Source: Actinomycetota bacterium
Lineage (GTDB): Bacteria; Actinomycetota; Acidimicrobiia; Acidimicrobiales; JACCXE01
NCBI GenBank assembly: GCA_048498715.1
Contig: JBEHXL010000009.1
Location: 68,017-132,016, forward strand
Direction: 5' to 3'
Length of the DNA: 64,000 nt
The notes below the pieces were generated by a model. That model saw nothing but the letters and a program-made list of their open reading frames with translations, was not told where the DNA came from and searched no databases. A program made the translations under genes and the position numbers. How positions within the stretch are numbered: position 1 is the stretch's first letter; each line of letters begins with the position of its first letter. Of the stretch, positions 8,804 to 17,981 are shown piece by piece.

Positions 8804-10155
8804 CCGGCCGTCGTCGAAGTCACGGCCGGTGTCGTGGTCGACGTCACGGCCGGCGTCGTCGTCGACGTCACACCCGGTGTTGTCGTGGTCGTCGCCGGCT
8901 TGGCCGTCGTGGTCGTCGGCTTCACCGTGGTGGTCGTCTCACCCGAGCCCCCCGTGGGGTCGGGCAGGCAGCCGAGGCCGGGCAGTTCGACCGTGCCGCA
9001 CGCGGCGGCCGTCGTCGTCGTCTGCCCACGCGCCGTCGTCGTGGTCGGCTTCACCGTGGTCGTGGGCTTGATCGTGGTCGTTGCATTCGAACCGTCGATG
9101 CAGCCCGGCAGCGGCGTGGCGCAGGGAAGCTCGGAGGGCTCGAGACCGGCGACGCGGACGCCGCCGGTGAACTTGGCGTCGTAGGCGAAGAAGCTGGCGA
9201 CGTCGTCGTACTTGAACTTCTCGGCGTCGTACTGGACCACGCGCACGTGCGGGCCACCGCCCGGACCGGCGCCGATGACCATGCGGGCCTCGCCCGCGAT
9301 GCCGACGAACACGCCGCCGGTGAAGCTCGTCGAGTACGCGTAGAACTGGTAGAGCGCGTTGCCGTCGAGGTTGAACAGACGGACGTGGGGGCCACCGCCG
9401 GGGCCCGCTCCGGTGAGGACGTCGAGCTCGCCGGGAACCTGCGCGCTGCCGATGGCGACGCGAACGCCACCCGGGAACGAGCCGTAGGCCATCCACTCGG
9501 AGTACAGCTGCGGCACACCGCCGACGATCTTGAACACCTTGACGTGGGGGCCGCCGCCGGCGCCGGCGCCGGTCACGATGTAGCCGTTGGCGGCGCCGAC
9601 GAAGACGCCGCCCTTGAAGTCGCCGTAGGGCGAGAACGAGAAAACCTCTTCGAGTTGGTCGTTCACGAGGCGGTACGCCTTCACCGTCGAAGCCATGCCG
9701 GGGCCGGACCCCACAATGACTTCCTGACGGTCAGACGCGTCGACATTGCCAGCCGCCACCGTTGCGCCACCATTCGAGCCCGGGAACGGGACCGTCTCGG
9801 CGAGCACCGTGGCGTCCTTGCGCTGCACGGCAACCGTGGCGACCGATCCCGGCCCCGACGCCGTGATCAGTTCCTGCGGGCCGTCGCCGTCGATGTCGCC
9901 CGCCGCCACGTAGGCGCCGGAGCCGGCCGCGCCACGAGCGAAGAACTGCACGTCGCTCTGTGTGCCGTCCGGATTGAAGGTCTTGATGTGCGGACCGCCG
10001 CCGTCACCGGCACCGGTGAGGAACGCATCCGTGGGCGCAGCTTTCGCGCTCTGCTGGCTGATGACGCCAGACAACACCAGTGCAACTGCAGCAACCACGC
10101 CAGCCCCAGCCAGTGCGGTTCGCGACAAATTCGGTAAAACCCGTCGTAAACGCAT
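8800..10155 (-). CDS. secreted FG-GAP/VCBS-type beta-propeller repeat protein with a Thr/Pro-rich tail
   Basis: N-terminal signal sequence. Repeated blades carry G(A/S)GPGGGPH(V/I)(K/R) and DIDGDG motifs. The C-terminus has TTTVKPTTTT and TPAVTSTT repeats. Confidence 0.75.
   Translation of the reverse strand: MRLRRVLPNLSRTALAGAGVVAAVALVLSGVISQQSAKAAPTDAFLTGAGDGGGPHIKTFNPDGTQSDVQFFARGAAGSGAYVAAGDIDGDGPQELITASGPGSVATVAVQRKDATVLAETVPFPGSNGGATVAAGNVDASDRQEVIVGSGPGMASTVKAYRLVNDQLEEVFSFSPYGDFKGGVFVGAANGYIVTGAGAGGGPHVKVFKIVGGVPQLYSEWMAYGSFPGGVRVAIGSAQVPGELDVLTGAGPGGGPHVRLFNLDGNALYQFYAYSTSFTGGVFVGIAGEARMVIGAGPGGGPHVRVVQYDAEKFKYDDVASFFAYDAKFTGGVRVAGLEPSELPCATPLPGCIDGSNATTTIKPTTTVKPTTTTARGQTTTTAAACGTVELPGLGCLPDPTGGSGETTTTVKPTTTTAKPATTTTTPGVTSTTTPAVTSTTTPAVTSTTAG
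8813..8884. repeat. 3 x 24-nt imperfect tandem repeat inside the coding sequence
   Basis: The units are gtcgaagtcacggccggtgtcgtg, gtcgacgtcacggccggcgtcgtc and gtcgacgtcacacccggtgttgtc. On the minus strand they encode the T(P/G)(A/G)VTSTT repeats. Confidence 0.8.
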
Positions 10156-10181
10156 CGGCGCAGACTAGTTCGGAAGGCTAA

Positions 10182-10622
10182 TTAATTCGGGTTCGGCGCC
10201 AAGGCGAAGAACAGCCGCGCCTTGCAGGTGGCGGCACCGTCGACCGTCGATTGGGCGACGCCCCAGCCGCCTTTGGAGCTCAGCCGCTCCATGGTGACGT
10301 CGAGAACGAGCTCGTCGCCGGGCACGACCATCCGCCGGAACCGCACCTCTTCGACACCGCCGAACAACGGCAGCCGGCCGGCGAAGCGCTCGTCGGAAAG
10401 CACGGCGATCGCGCCGGTCTGGGCGAGCGCCTCGAGCTGGATAACGCCAGGAAACACGGGATTGCCGGGGAAATGTCCCGAGAGAAAGTCCTCGTCACCG
10501 GTGACCTTGTAACGGCCCACGCAGCGCTCCCCCACGACCAACTCGTCGACTGAATCGACGAAACGGAACGGTGGACGGTGCGGCAGCAGGCCGACGAGGT
10601 CAGCCGAGTTCGGAAGGGTCAC
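10182..10622 (-). CDS. fabZ: 3-hydroxyacyl-ACP dehydratase
   Basis: LLPHRPPFRFVD, HFPGNPVFPGVIQLEALAQ. The GTG start overlaps the merR stop (GTGA). Confidence 0.85.
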   Translation of the reverse strand: MTLPNSADLVGLLPHRPPFRFVDSVDELVVGERCVGRYKVTGDEDFLSGHFPGNPVFPGVIQLEALAQTGAIAVLSDERFAGRLPLFGGVEEVRFRRMVVPGDELVLDVTMERLSSKGGWGVAQSTVDGAATCKARLFFALAPNPN

Positions 10623-11374
10623 GCGGGGAAGCTTGCATCAATTGCCGCGAGGGCCTTGTGCAATGCCGCGCGTTCCTCGTCGGTGCCGACATTGACGAGT
10701 TCCTTCGCCATGGCCGCAACCAGCGTCCGTTCGACGTGGTAGCCCACCAGCCACGAGGCGGCCTGCACCATCATGGAAAACGCCTCGGAGAACTCTTCGG
10801 CCGCCTCGGGATGCGGTTCGCCGTTGAGCATCGGCTCCCGCACGTATTGCAGGAACAGCTTCGATGCACCGGCGGCGAGCAGCTCGGAGGTCTCGATCTG
10901 GAGCTTGGCGACGGCCATGAACTCCTCCATCGGCACTCCGGCGCTCACGAGGGCGAGCAGCATGCGCACGGCGCGAACGTCGGCCCGGCTGTACGGACGC
11001 TCCGGATCGTCGGCGGGCAGGGGCCGCAGAATCCCCGACCCCTCGAGTGAACGCAGCATCGACGGTGGCACGCGAGCGCGCTCGGCCAGTTCCGCCCGGG
11101 TGAGGCGCTCCTCGACCGCTTCGTCGTCGGATGGGTCAGCCCACGGCGAGTCCTGTCCCGCGGCCAGCACGTCGGCGACGGCTCGGAGGGAAAGACCCTT
11201 GGCTTTGAGGGCCTTGATCTTCAGCAATCTGTCGAGGTGTCCGGAGTCGTAGACAGCAGTGCGGCCCTCGTGGCGAGGCGCCGGCAGGAGACCCTTTGAC
11301 TGATACGAGCGCACCACTTCGACGGACAGGCCGGCGGCCTCCGCGAGGGTTCGAACATCGTAGGTCATCGCCAT
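10619..11374 (-). CDS. MerR-family regulator with two tandem MerR-type HTH modules
   Basis: Module 1 is YDVRTLAEAAGLSVEVVRSYQSKGLL...YDSGHLDRLLKIKALK. Module 2 is LTRAELAERARVPPSMLRSLEGSGIL...YSRADVRAVRML. Candidate starts are ATG 11374 or 11368, or GTG 11398. Confidence 0.75.
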   Translation of the reverse strand: MAMTYDVRTLAEAAGLSVEVVRSYQSKGLLPAPRHEGRTAVYDSGHLDRLLKIKALKAKGLSLRAVADVLAAGQDSPWADPSDDEAVEERLTRAELAERARVPPSMLRSLEGSGILRPLPADDPERPYSRADVRAVRMLLALVSAGVPMEEFMAVAKLQIETSELLAAGASKLFLQYVREPMLNGEPHPEAAEEFSEAFSMMVQAASWLVGYHVERTLVAAMAKELVNVGTDEERAALHKALAAIDASFPA

Positions 11375-11481
11375 CCAATCGTAATACGGCTGAATCACAA
11401 TGTTGAACCAAAGTGTGTAACCATTACGTCAGCAACGAAGTCAGAAGGCTTCGTACGGCGAGTTGAGAGGAGGTGACGCGC

Positions 11482-12348
11482 GTGGGCGTTGCAGTTGTTT
11501 TCCCAGGTCAGGGCAGTCAAGCGACAGGAATGGGCCTTGACTTGGTCGATCTCCCGGCGTGGCACCTCGTCACCGACGCCGAAGAAATTCTTGCGACCTC
11601 ACTCGCCCCGTTGCTCCTCGGCGACGAGCTGAAGACCACGCAGGCCGCCCAAACCGCCGTGCTGCTCCACTCCCTCGTCATGTGGGAAACGCTGCGGGAC
11701 GAGATCGGCGACGTCGCCTCGTTCGCCGGGCACTCACTCGGTCAGATGACCGCTTTGATCGCCTCCGGGTCGTTGAGCTTCGAGCAGGGCGTGCAGGTCG
11801 CCGCCAAGCGGGCCGCCGTCACCCAAGCTGCGGCCGACGACAAGCCCGGCGTCATGGCCGCGCTCATGGGCGCCACCGACGAGCAGGCAGCGGCCGCCGT
11901 CGAGGGCACGCCCGACACCTGCTGGGTTGCGAACATCAACGCTCCTGGCCAAATCGTCATTGCCGGGACACCCGAAGGACTCGCGCTCGCAACAGAAGCG
12001 GCGAAAGATGCGGGCATCCGCAAAGTCATCCCGCTCGACGTCGCCGCCGCGTTCCACACGCCGCTGATGGACGACGCTGCCATCGCCTTCGCCGAGTACC
12101 TCCAGTCGATCGAGTTCGCCGCTCCGTCGGCCCCGATCGTCTCGAACGAAGACGCAATCGCCTACACCGATGGCGACGGCTGGAAGACCCGCCTCGTCTC
12201 GCACCTCGTGCAGCCCGTCCGCTGGGCCGACTGCATGGTCACGATCGATTCCCTGTGCCCCTCGTCACTGCGCGAGGTGGGCCCGGGGTCCACGCTTACC
12301 GGACTTGCCAAACGATGCCTCCCGAACTCCGAATGGGTGACTGCCTAA
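11482..12348 (+). CDS. fabD: malonyl-CoA:ACP transacylase
   Basis: VFPGQGSQ and GHSLGQ motifs. GTG 11482 lies 8 nt after a GGAGG. An alternative GTG at 11473 abuts the SD. Confidence 0.9.
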   Translation: MGVAVVFPGQGSQATGMGLDLVDLPAWHLVTDAEEILATSLAPLLLGDELKTTQAAQTAVLLHSLVMWETLRDEIGDVASFAGHSLGQMTALIASGSLSFEQGVQVAAKRAAVTQAAADDKPGVMAALMGATDEQAAAAVEGTPDTCWVANINAPGQIVIAGTPEGLALATEAAKDAGIRKVIPLDVAAAFHTPLMDDAAIAFAEYLQSIEFAAPSAPIVSNEDAIAYTDGDGWKTRLVSHLVQPVRWADCMVTIDSLCPSSLREVGPGSTLTGLAKRCLPNSEWVTA

Positions 12349-12624
12349 ATGTCTCTTGCTGTTGAACTCGCCGAATACACCGAAGTTGCGGAGAAGCTGA
12401 TCCTGGCTCCCGCCCGGGGCGTCGTTCGTGTCCTCGATCCCAAGGTCGTCACCGACCAGGGTGAGATCGTCGAGGTCGGTCAGCCCATCGCCGTCATCGT
12501 GAATTCGGGTGACGAGATCGAGGCGTGCAGCCGCTTCAACGGCTTCCTCATGGAGATGCTGGTCACGACGGGCGAGCGGGTGCGCCCGGGTCAGCCCATC
12601 GCCTGGCTCCGTACCTTCAACTAG
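12349..12624 (+). CDS. biotinyl/lipoyl-domain-like small protein lacking the acceptor lysine
   Basis: The ATG immediately follows the fabD TAA. By eye it aligns to BCCP/1.3S domains (APARGVV, GQPIAVI, GERVRPGQPIAWL). Where E-A-M-K-M is expected it reads V-N-S-G-D. Confidence 0.6.
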   Translation: MSLAVELAEYTEVAEKLILAPARGVVRVLDPKVVTDQGEIVEVGQPIAVIVNSGDEIEACSRFNGFLMEMLVTTGERVRPGQPIAWLRTFN

Positions 12625-12634
12625 GCCTCAGCAC

Positions 12635-13564
12635 ATGAGTGCGATTGTTGGCATGGGGACGGGCCTGCCTGAAGGCCGTCTCACGAACGCGGATCTCGAG
12701 CGGACGCTCGACACGACCGACGAGTGGATCGTCGAGCGCACCGGGATCAAGGAGCGCCGCCTTGCCGCCGAAGGCGAAGACGCTGTCACGCTCGCGACCG
12801 AGGCCTGCCAGGGCGCTCTGAAGAGCGCCGGTGTCTCCACCGACGAGATCGACCTCCTGATCATCGCCACGATCACTCCCCCGCGCCGCCTGCCCGCTGC
12901 GTCGGCGTACGTGCAGGACAACCTGGGTCTGCAGTGCGGCGCTTTCGACCTCGTCGCCGCGTGTTCGGGCTTCGTCTACAGCTACGTGATGGCCGACGCC
13001 TACATCAAGGCGGGTCACGCCCGTTCCGTCCTGGTCTGCGGTGCCGAGACGATCAGCTCGATCGTCGACCCGACCGACCGCGGCACGAAGATCCTCTTCG
13101 GTGACGGCGCCGCGGCCGCGGTCGTCGTTCCGTCGGCCCCCGGCTACGGCATCCTCGGCTCCGACCTCGGTTGTGATGGCTCGGCCGCCGGCATTCTCGC
13201 CATCGAGCCCGGTGAGCAGTACGCCCACATGGACGGCAAAGAAGTGTTCCGTCGAGCCGTTCGCGCCTGCATCGCTTCGGCGGAGAACGCGCTGAAGCGC
13301 GCCGGGATCCACGCCAGCGAGATCGACTACTTCGTTCCGCACCAGGCCAACACCCGCATCATCGATGCGATCATCGAGCGCATCGGTTTGGACAACGCTC
13401 AGACGGTGCGAAACCTCGATGTGTACGGCAACACGTCGGCGGCCTCGATCCCGTTGGCGCTGACCGAAGTCGAACCGAAGGACGGCGACCTCGTACTGCT
13501 GTGCGGTTTCGGCGCTGGCATGACGTGGGCCAGCGCCGTTGTGCGCTGGGGCACCGGGCTCTGA
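12635..13564 (+). CDS. fabH: beta-ketoacyl-ACP synthase III
   Basis: Active-site contexts AACSGF, HQAN, GNTSAAS. ATG at 12635. Confidence 0.9.
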   Translation: MSAIVGMGTGLPEGRLTNADLERTLDTTDEWIVERTGIKERRLAAEGEDAVTLATEACQGALKSAGVSTDEIDLLIIATITPPRRLPAASAYVQDNLGLQCGAFDLVAACSGFVYSYVMADAYIKAGHARSVLVCGAETISSIVDPTDRGTKILFGDGAAAAVVVPSAPGYGILGSDLGCDGSAAGILAIEPGEQYAHMDGKEVFRRAVRACIASAENALKRAGIHASEIDYFVPHQANTRIIDAIIERIGLDNAQTVRNLDVYGNTSAASIPLALTEVEPKDGDLVLLCGFGAGMTWASAVVRWGTGL

Positions 13565-14286
13565 TGGCAGTTGCGTTTGTGACCGGTGCCGGCGGCGGCA
13601 TCGGTCGGGCGTGTGCTGTTGCGTTGGCCAACGCGGGCCATCAGGTCGCGGTCGGCTTCGGCGGCAACAAAGACGGCGCCGCGGAAACCGCGTCGCTGTG
13701 CGGCGGCGTCGCCATCGAAGTCGACGTCGCTGATTCGGCCTCCGTGGATTCTGCGTTCAAGCAGATCGAAGAGCAGCTCGGCGCGGTCACCATCCTCGTG
13801 AACAACGCAGGTGTCACCGGAGACGGCCTTCTGCTTCGTATGAAAGACGATGACTGGAACAAGGTGCTGCGAGTGAACCTCGACGGCGCGTTCCACACGA
13901 TCAAGCGCGCCACGCCGGGGATGATGAAGGCCCGCTTCGGTCGCATCGTCAACATGGGCTCGGTCGTCGGCCTCACCGGCAGCGCGGGCCAGGTCAACTA
14001 CGCGGCGGCCAAGGCCGGCCTCGTCGGCCTCAGCCGATCCGTTGCCCGTGAGCTCGCCTCGCGCAACGTCACCTGCAACGTCGTGGCCCCCGGCCCGATC
14101 GTCACTGCCATGACCGACGTGCTCAGCGAGGATCGTCTCGCCGCTATCACCGACGCCGTGCCGCTCGGTCGCATGGGCACCGTCGACGAAGTCGCCTCCA
14201 CCGTCGCCTTCCTGTGCAGCGATGGTGCGGCCTACATCACCGGCGCGGTCATCCCCGTCGATGGCGGCCTCGGGCTGGGCCACTAG
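13564..14286 (+). CDS. fabG: 3-oxoacyl-ACP reductase (SDR)
   Basis: TGAGGGIG, NNAG, YAAAK. The ATG overlaps the fabH TGA (TGATG). Confidence 0.9.
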   Translation: MAVAFVTGAGGGIGRACAVALANAGHQVAVGFGGNKDGAAETASLCGGVAIEVDVADSASVDSAFKQIEEQLGAVTILVNNAGVTGDGLLLRMKDDDWNKVLRVNLDGAFHTIKRATPGMMKARFGRIVNMGSVVGLTGSAGQVNYAAAKAGLVGLSRSVARELASRNVTCNVVAPGPIVTAMTDVLSEDRLAAITDAVPLGRMGTVDEVASTVAFLCSDGAAYITGAVIPVDGGLGLGH

Positions 14287-14325
14287 CGTTCTTGCTCTTA
14301 ACCAACTCCAAGGAGAACCACCGAA

Positions 14326-14568
14326 ATGTCCCGTGACGAAGTCCTCGCCGTGATGCGTGATGCCGCCGTCGAACTGCTCAAGATCGACCCGGCCAAGGTC
14401 ACCGAAGAGGCCACCTTCGCCGAAGACCTCGAGGCCGACAGCCTCGACGTCGTTGAGCTCGTGATGGCGCTCGAAGAGAAGCTCGACGTCTCGATCCCGG
14501 AGGAAGAGCTCGAAGGCATCAAGACCGTGGGCGAGGCGCTCGACGTCATCGCCGCCAAGGTCGCGTAG
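14326..14568 (+). CDS. acpP: acyl carrier protein
   Basis: An 80-aa acidic protein with [12 protein letters not shown] (DSL phosphopantetheine site). SD aaggaga upstream. Confidence 0.95.
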   Translation: MSRDEVLAVMRDAAVELLKIDPAKVTEEATFAEDLEADSLDVVELVMALEEKLDVSIPEEELEGIKTVGEALDVIAAKVA

Positions 14569-14583
14569 GACCCCGGAGTAGCT

Positions 14584-15819
14584 ATGGCCGACCGTCGACG
14601 CGTTGTCGTGACCGGCATGGGCGTGAAGACGCCCGCCGGCAACACCATCGAATCGTTTTGGGAAACGCTGCTGGCCGCGGCTGGAACGGCCGCGGGCCCG
14701 ATCGAGCGCGTCGACGTGTCGGACTGGCCCGTCGGCTTCGCCTGCGAAGTCAAGGGCTTCAACCCTGAGGACTACATCGAGGCCAAGGAGGTGCGCCGCG
14801 CCGACCGCGTCGCGCAGCTCGGCTACGCCGCCGCCGTCGACGCCTTAAAGCAGGCCGGCGATCTCGGACTCGATCCCGCTCGGATCGGCGTCGTCGCCGG
14901 TACGGGTGTCGGTGGTCTCGAGACGCAGGAGCGTGAGGAGATCGTCGTCTACCAGAAGGGCAAGACCCGCGTGTCGCCCTTCCTCGTGCCGATGATGATG
15001 ACCAACGCGACCGCCGCGATGATCTCGATGGGCCACGGCCTGCGAGGTCCGAATCTCTGCATCGCAACCGCCTGCGCGGCGGGCACGCACGCGATCGGTG
15101 AGGCGGCACACATGATCCGCTACGGCGCGGCCGACGCGATCGTCGCGGGTGGATCCGAAGCGGCGATCACGCCGGTCGGCATGGCTGCGTTTGCTCGCAT
15201 GGGTGCGCTGTCGACGCGCCGCGACGATCCAGCGGGAGCGTCGCGGCCGTTCGACGCCAGCCGCGACGGGTTCGTCATGGGTGAGGCGGGTGCCTTCGTC
15301 GTGCTCGAGGAGTACGAGCACGCCGTTGCCCGCGGGGCGACGATTCTCGGCGAGATCCTCGGCTACGGCCGCAACGCCGACGCCCATCACATCACGGCGC
15401 CCCGGCCTGACGGCGGCGGCATGATCGGCGGGATGGAAGCCGCGATCGCCGACGCCGGCCTCACGCCCGCCGACATCGGCAGCATCAACGCGCACGGCAC
15501 GTCGACGCCGCTCAACGACTCGGCGGAGTCGCAGGCGATCTACAAGGTGTTCAACGGCGAGGCGCCTCCCGTCGTGTCGACCAAGGGTGTCACCGGCCAC
15601 TGCATCGGCGCCGCCGGCGCGGTCGAGTGCATCGCCGGTCTATTGACCGCGAACACCGGATTGGTGCCGCCGACCGCGAACCACACCGAAAAAGGTGAGG
15701 GCATCGAAGTCGACGTCGTGTCGGGTTCGCCGCGTGAGGTTGGCCAGAAGCCGGTGTTGTCGAACTCGTTCGGCTTCGGCGGTCACAACGGCACGCTTGT
15801 CGTCGGCCCCACCCGCTAA
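14584..15819 (+). CDS. fabF: beta-ketoacyl-ACP synthase I/II (KasA/FabF type)
   Basis: VVVTGMG, IATACAAG (Cys), HGTSTP, GHCIGAAG, FGFGGHN. Confidence 0.92.
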   Translation: MADRRRVVVTGMGVKTPAGNTIESFWETLLAAAGTAAGPIERVDVSDWPVGFACEVKGFNPEDYIEAKEVRRADRVAQLGYAAAVDALKQAGDLGLDPARIGVVAGTGVGGLETQEREEIVVYQKGKTRVSPFLVPMMMTNATAAMISMGHGLRGPNLCIATACAAGTHAIGEAAHMIRYGAADAIVAGGSEAAITPVGMAAFARMGALSTRRDDPAGASRPFDASRDGFVMGEAGAFVVLEEYEHAVARGATILGEILGYGRNADAHHITAPRPDGGGMIGGMEAAIADAGLTPADIGSINAHGTSTPLNDSAESQAIYKVFNGEAPPVVSTKGVTGHCIGAAGAVECIAGLLTANTGLVPPTANHTEKGEGIEVDVVSGSPREVGQKPVLSNSFGFGGHNGTLVVGPTR

Positions 15820-15825
15820 ATCGCT

Positions 15826-17190
15826 TTGACCAACCTGCTCGCGCTCGGCACGGCGCGCCTCGGCGGCGCCCAGGCGGAGATTCGCGAGTTGGGCGGCCAG
15901 AAGGTCGGCTACTTCCGTCTCGCGGACGAGCCTGACGACGGCGACGACGCCGTCGGTCGTGGATCAATCGGACCCGACGAAGCGGAGTCCGTCGCACGAC
16001 TGATCCGCCTCGCGACCGATACCGGCATGCCGATCGTGGGCGTGCTCGCGGTCTCGGGCACCGACGTACGCCACGGCGTTGCGTCACTGGTCGCGTGGGG
16101 GCGTATCGCGTCGGCGCTGGTCGACGCATCGGGCATCGTGCCGATCACCATGGCCGTCATCGGTCCGTGCGCGGCTGGTCCCTCGCTGCTCGTCGGCATT
16201 GCCGACGCCGTGGTCTTCACGTCGGACTCGACGGCGTTCGTGTCGGGCCCCGCGGCGGTGAGCGGCATGACGGGCGAGACGATCTCGCCTCTGGATCTGG
16301 GCGGCCCGAACGTGCATGCCGTCGAGAGCGGCATCGCGGCGATGGTGGCCGACGACGAAGACAGCGCCATCGACGCGATCTCGCTGATCCTCGCTCACCT
16401 GCCCGCGAACAATCACGAGCTCGCACCGTGGGCTCTCCATCACGACGAACTCGATCGTGACTGCGAAGCGAAGGTCCCCGATTCGCCGAACGCGGGCTAC
16501 GACGTTCGCAAGGTCATCGACGAAGTGTGCGACCGCGGCTCGTGGTTCGAGCTGTGGGCGCGTCATGCGGCCAACTCCGTCGTCGGCTTCGCGCGCGTGG
16601 ACGGCTATCCGGTTGGCGTCATCGCGAACCAGCCCGGTTGGCTGGCGGGCACGCTCGACATCGAGGCGTCGACCAAGGCGGCACGCTTCGTACAGCTGTG
16701 CGACGCGTTCAACGTGCCGCTGCTCACCTTCGTCGACACGCCCGGTTTCCAGCCGGGGAAAGACCTCGAATGGCGCGGCATGATCCGCCACGGAGCCAAG
16801 CTCGTGTTCGCCTACGCGCAGGCCACCGTGCCGCGCGTGTGCGTCATCCTCCGCAAGGCCTACGGCGGCGCCTACATCGTCATGGACTCGCGGGGCATGG
16901 GCAGCGACTTCGTCGTGTCGTGGCCGCAAGCCGAGATCGCGGTGATGGGAGCCGGCGGCGCCATCGGTCTTTTGTACGGACGACGCGATCTACCTGCGGA
17001 AGAGATGCAGCGCCTCACCGAGGAATACCAGGCCGACTACTGCACGCCGCGCGTCGCATCGGAGCGCGGGTACGTCGACATGGTGATCGAGCCGAAACAG
17101 ACGCGACGCGTCGTGGTCGGCGCGTTCGAAGCACTGCGTTCAAAGCGTGAGCACCTGCCCAAGCGTCGCCACGCCAACCCGCCCCAGTAG
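15826..17190 (+). CDS. accD6: acyl-CoA carboxylase carboxyltransferase (beta) subunit, AccD6-like
   Basis: Two-lobed carboxyltransferase similarity (GPCAAGPS..., FVDTPGFQPG, RKAYGGAY). TTG start. It occupies the same operon position as mycobacterial accD6. Confidence 0.8.
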   Translation: MTNLLALGTARLGGAQAEIRELGGQKVGYFRLADEPDDGDDAVGRGSIGPDEAESVARLIRLATDTGMPIVGVLAVSGTDVRHGVASLVAWGRIASALVDASGIVPITMAVIGPCAAGPSLLVGIADAVVFTSDSTAFVSGPAAVSGMTGETISPLDLGGPNVHAVESGIAAMVADDEDSAIDAISLILAHLPANNHELAPWALHHDELDRDCEAKVPDSPNAGYDVRKVIDEVCDRGSWFELWARHAANSVVGFARVDGYPVGVIANQPGWLAGTLDIEASTKAARFVQLCDAFNVPLLTFVDTPGFQPGKDLEWRGMIRHGAKLVFAYAQATVPRVCVILRKAYGGAYIVMDSRGMGSDFVVSWPQAEIAVMGAGGAIGLLYGRRDLPAEEMQRLTEEYQADYCTPRVASERGYVDMVIEPKQTRRVVVGAFEALRSKREHLPKRRHANPPQ

Positions 17191-17201
17191 AAAGTCTCTC
17201 C

Positions 17202-17975
17202 ATGCTCCTCGAAGGCAAGAAGATCGTCGTCACTGGTGTCGCGGCGGAAAGCTCGATCGCGTTCACCGTCGCCCGCCTCGCTCAGGAACAAGGCGCCGAG
17301 ATCGTGCTCACGTCGTTCGGCCGCATCATGTCGCTCACCCAGCGCGTCGCGAAGCGTCTCCCGTCGACGCCCGACGTGCTCGAGCTTGACGTGACCGATC
17401 CGTCGCACGCTCCTGCGCTCGCGGCCGAGCTCGACAAACGGTGGGGTCGTGTCGACGGCGTCGTGCATTCGCTCGCCAATGCGAACCCCGAGACTTGCCT
17501 TGGCGGCGACGTGTTCCGTGCGCCGTTCGAGGACGTTGCGATGGCCGTGCACGTCTCCGCGTTCTCGCTCAAGGAACTCGCCTCTGCGTTCCTGCCGCTC
17601 ATGCAGAAGGCGGGCGGCGGTTCCGTCGTCGGCCTCGACTTCGACGCCACCAAGGCGTTCCCCATGTACAACTGGATGGGCGTCACCAAGGCCGCGCTGG
17701 AGTCCCTCAATCGCTACCTCGCGCGTGACCTCGGCCCGTCGAAGGTGCGTTGCAACCTCGTCGCCGCTGGCCCGCTGCGTACACTGTCAGCCAAGTCGAT
17801 CCCCGGCTTCGATCAGTTCGAAGACATCTGGTCCGAGCGCGCGCCGCTGGGTTGGGATCTCAAGGACCCCGAGCCCGCAGCCCGCGCCGTCATCGCCCTG
17901 TTGAGCGACTGGTTCCCCGCCACGACAGGCGAAATCGTCCACGTCGACGGCGGCTTCCACGCCGTAGGCGCCTAA
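17202..17975 (+). CDS. fabI: NADH-dependent enoyl-ACP reductase (InhA/FabI)
   Basis: GKKIVVTGV...SIAF, YNWMGVTKAALES (Tyr/Lys), VHVDGGFH. Confidence 0.9.
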   Translation: MLLEGKKIVVTGVAAESSIAFTVARLAQEQGAEIVLTSFGRIMSLTQRVAKRLPSTPDVLELDVTDPSHAPALAAELDKRWGRVDGVVHSLANANPETCLGGDVFRAPFEDVAMAVHVSAFSLKELASAFLPLMQKAGGGSVVGLDFDATKAFPMYNWMGVTKAALESLNRYLARDLGPSKVRCNLVAAGPLRTLSAKSIPGFDQFEDIWSERAPLGWDLKDPEPAARAVIALLSDWFPATTGEIVHVDGGFHAVGA

Positions 17976-17981
17976 CTCAAC

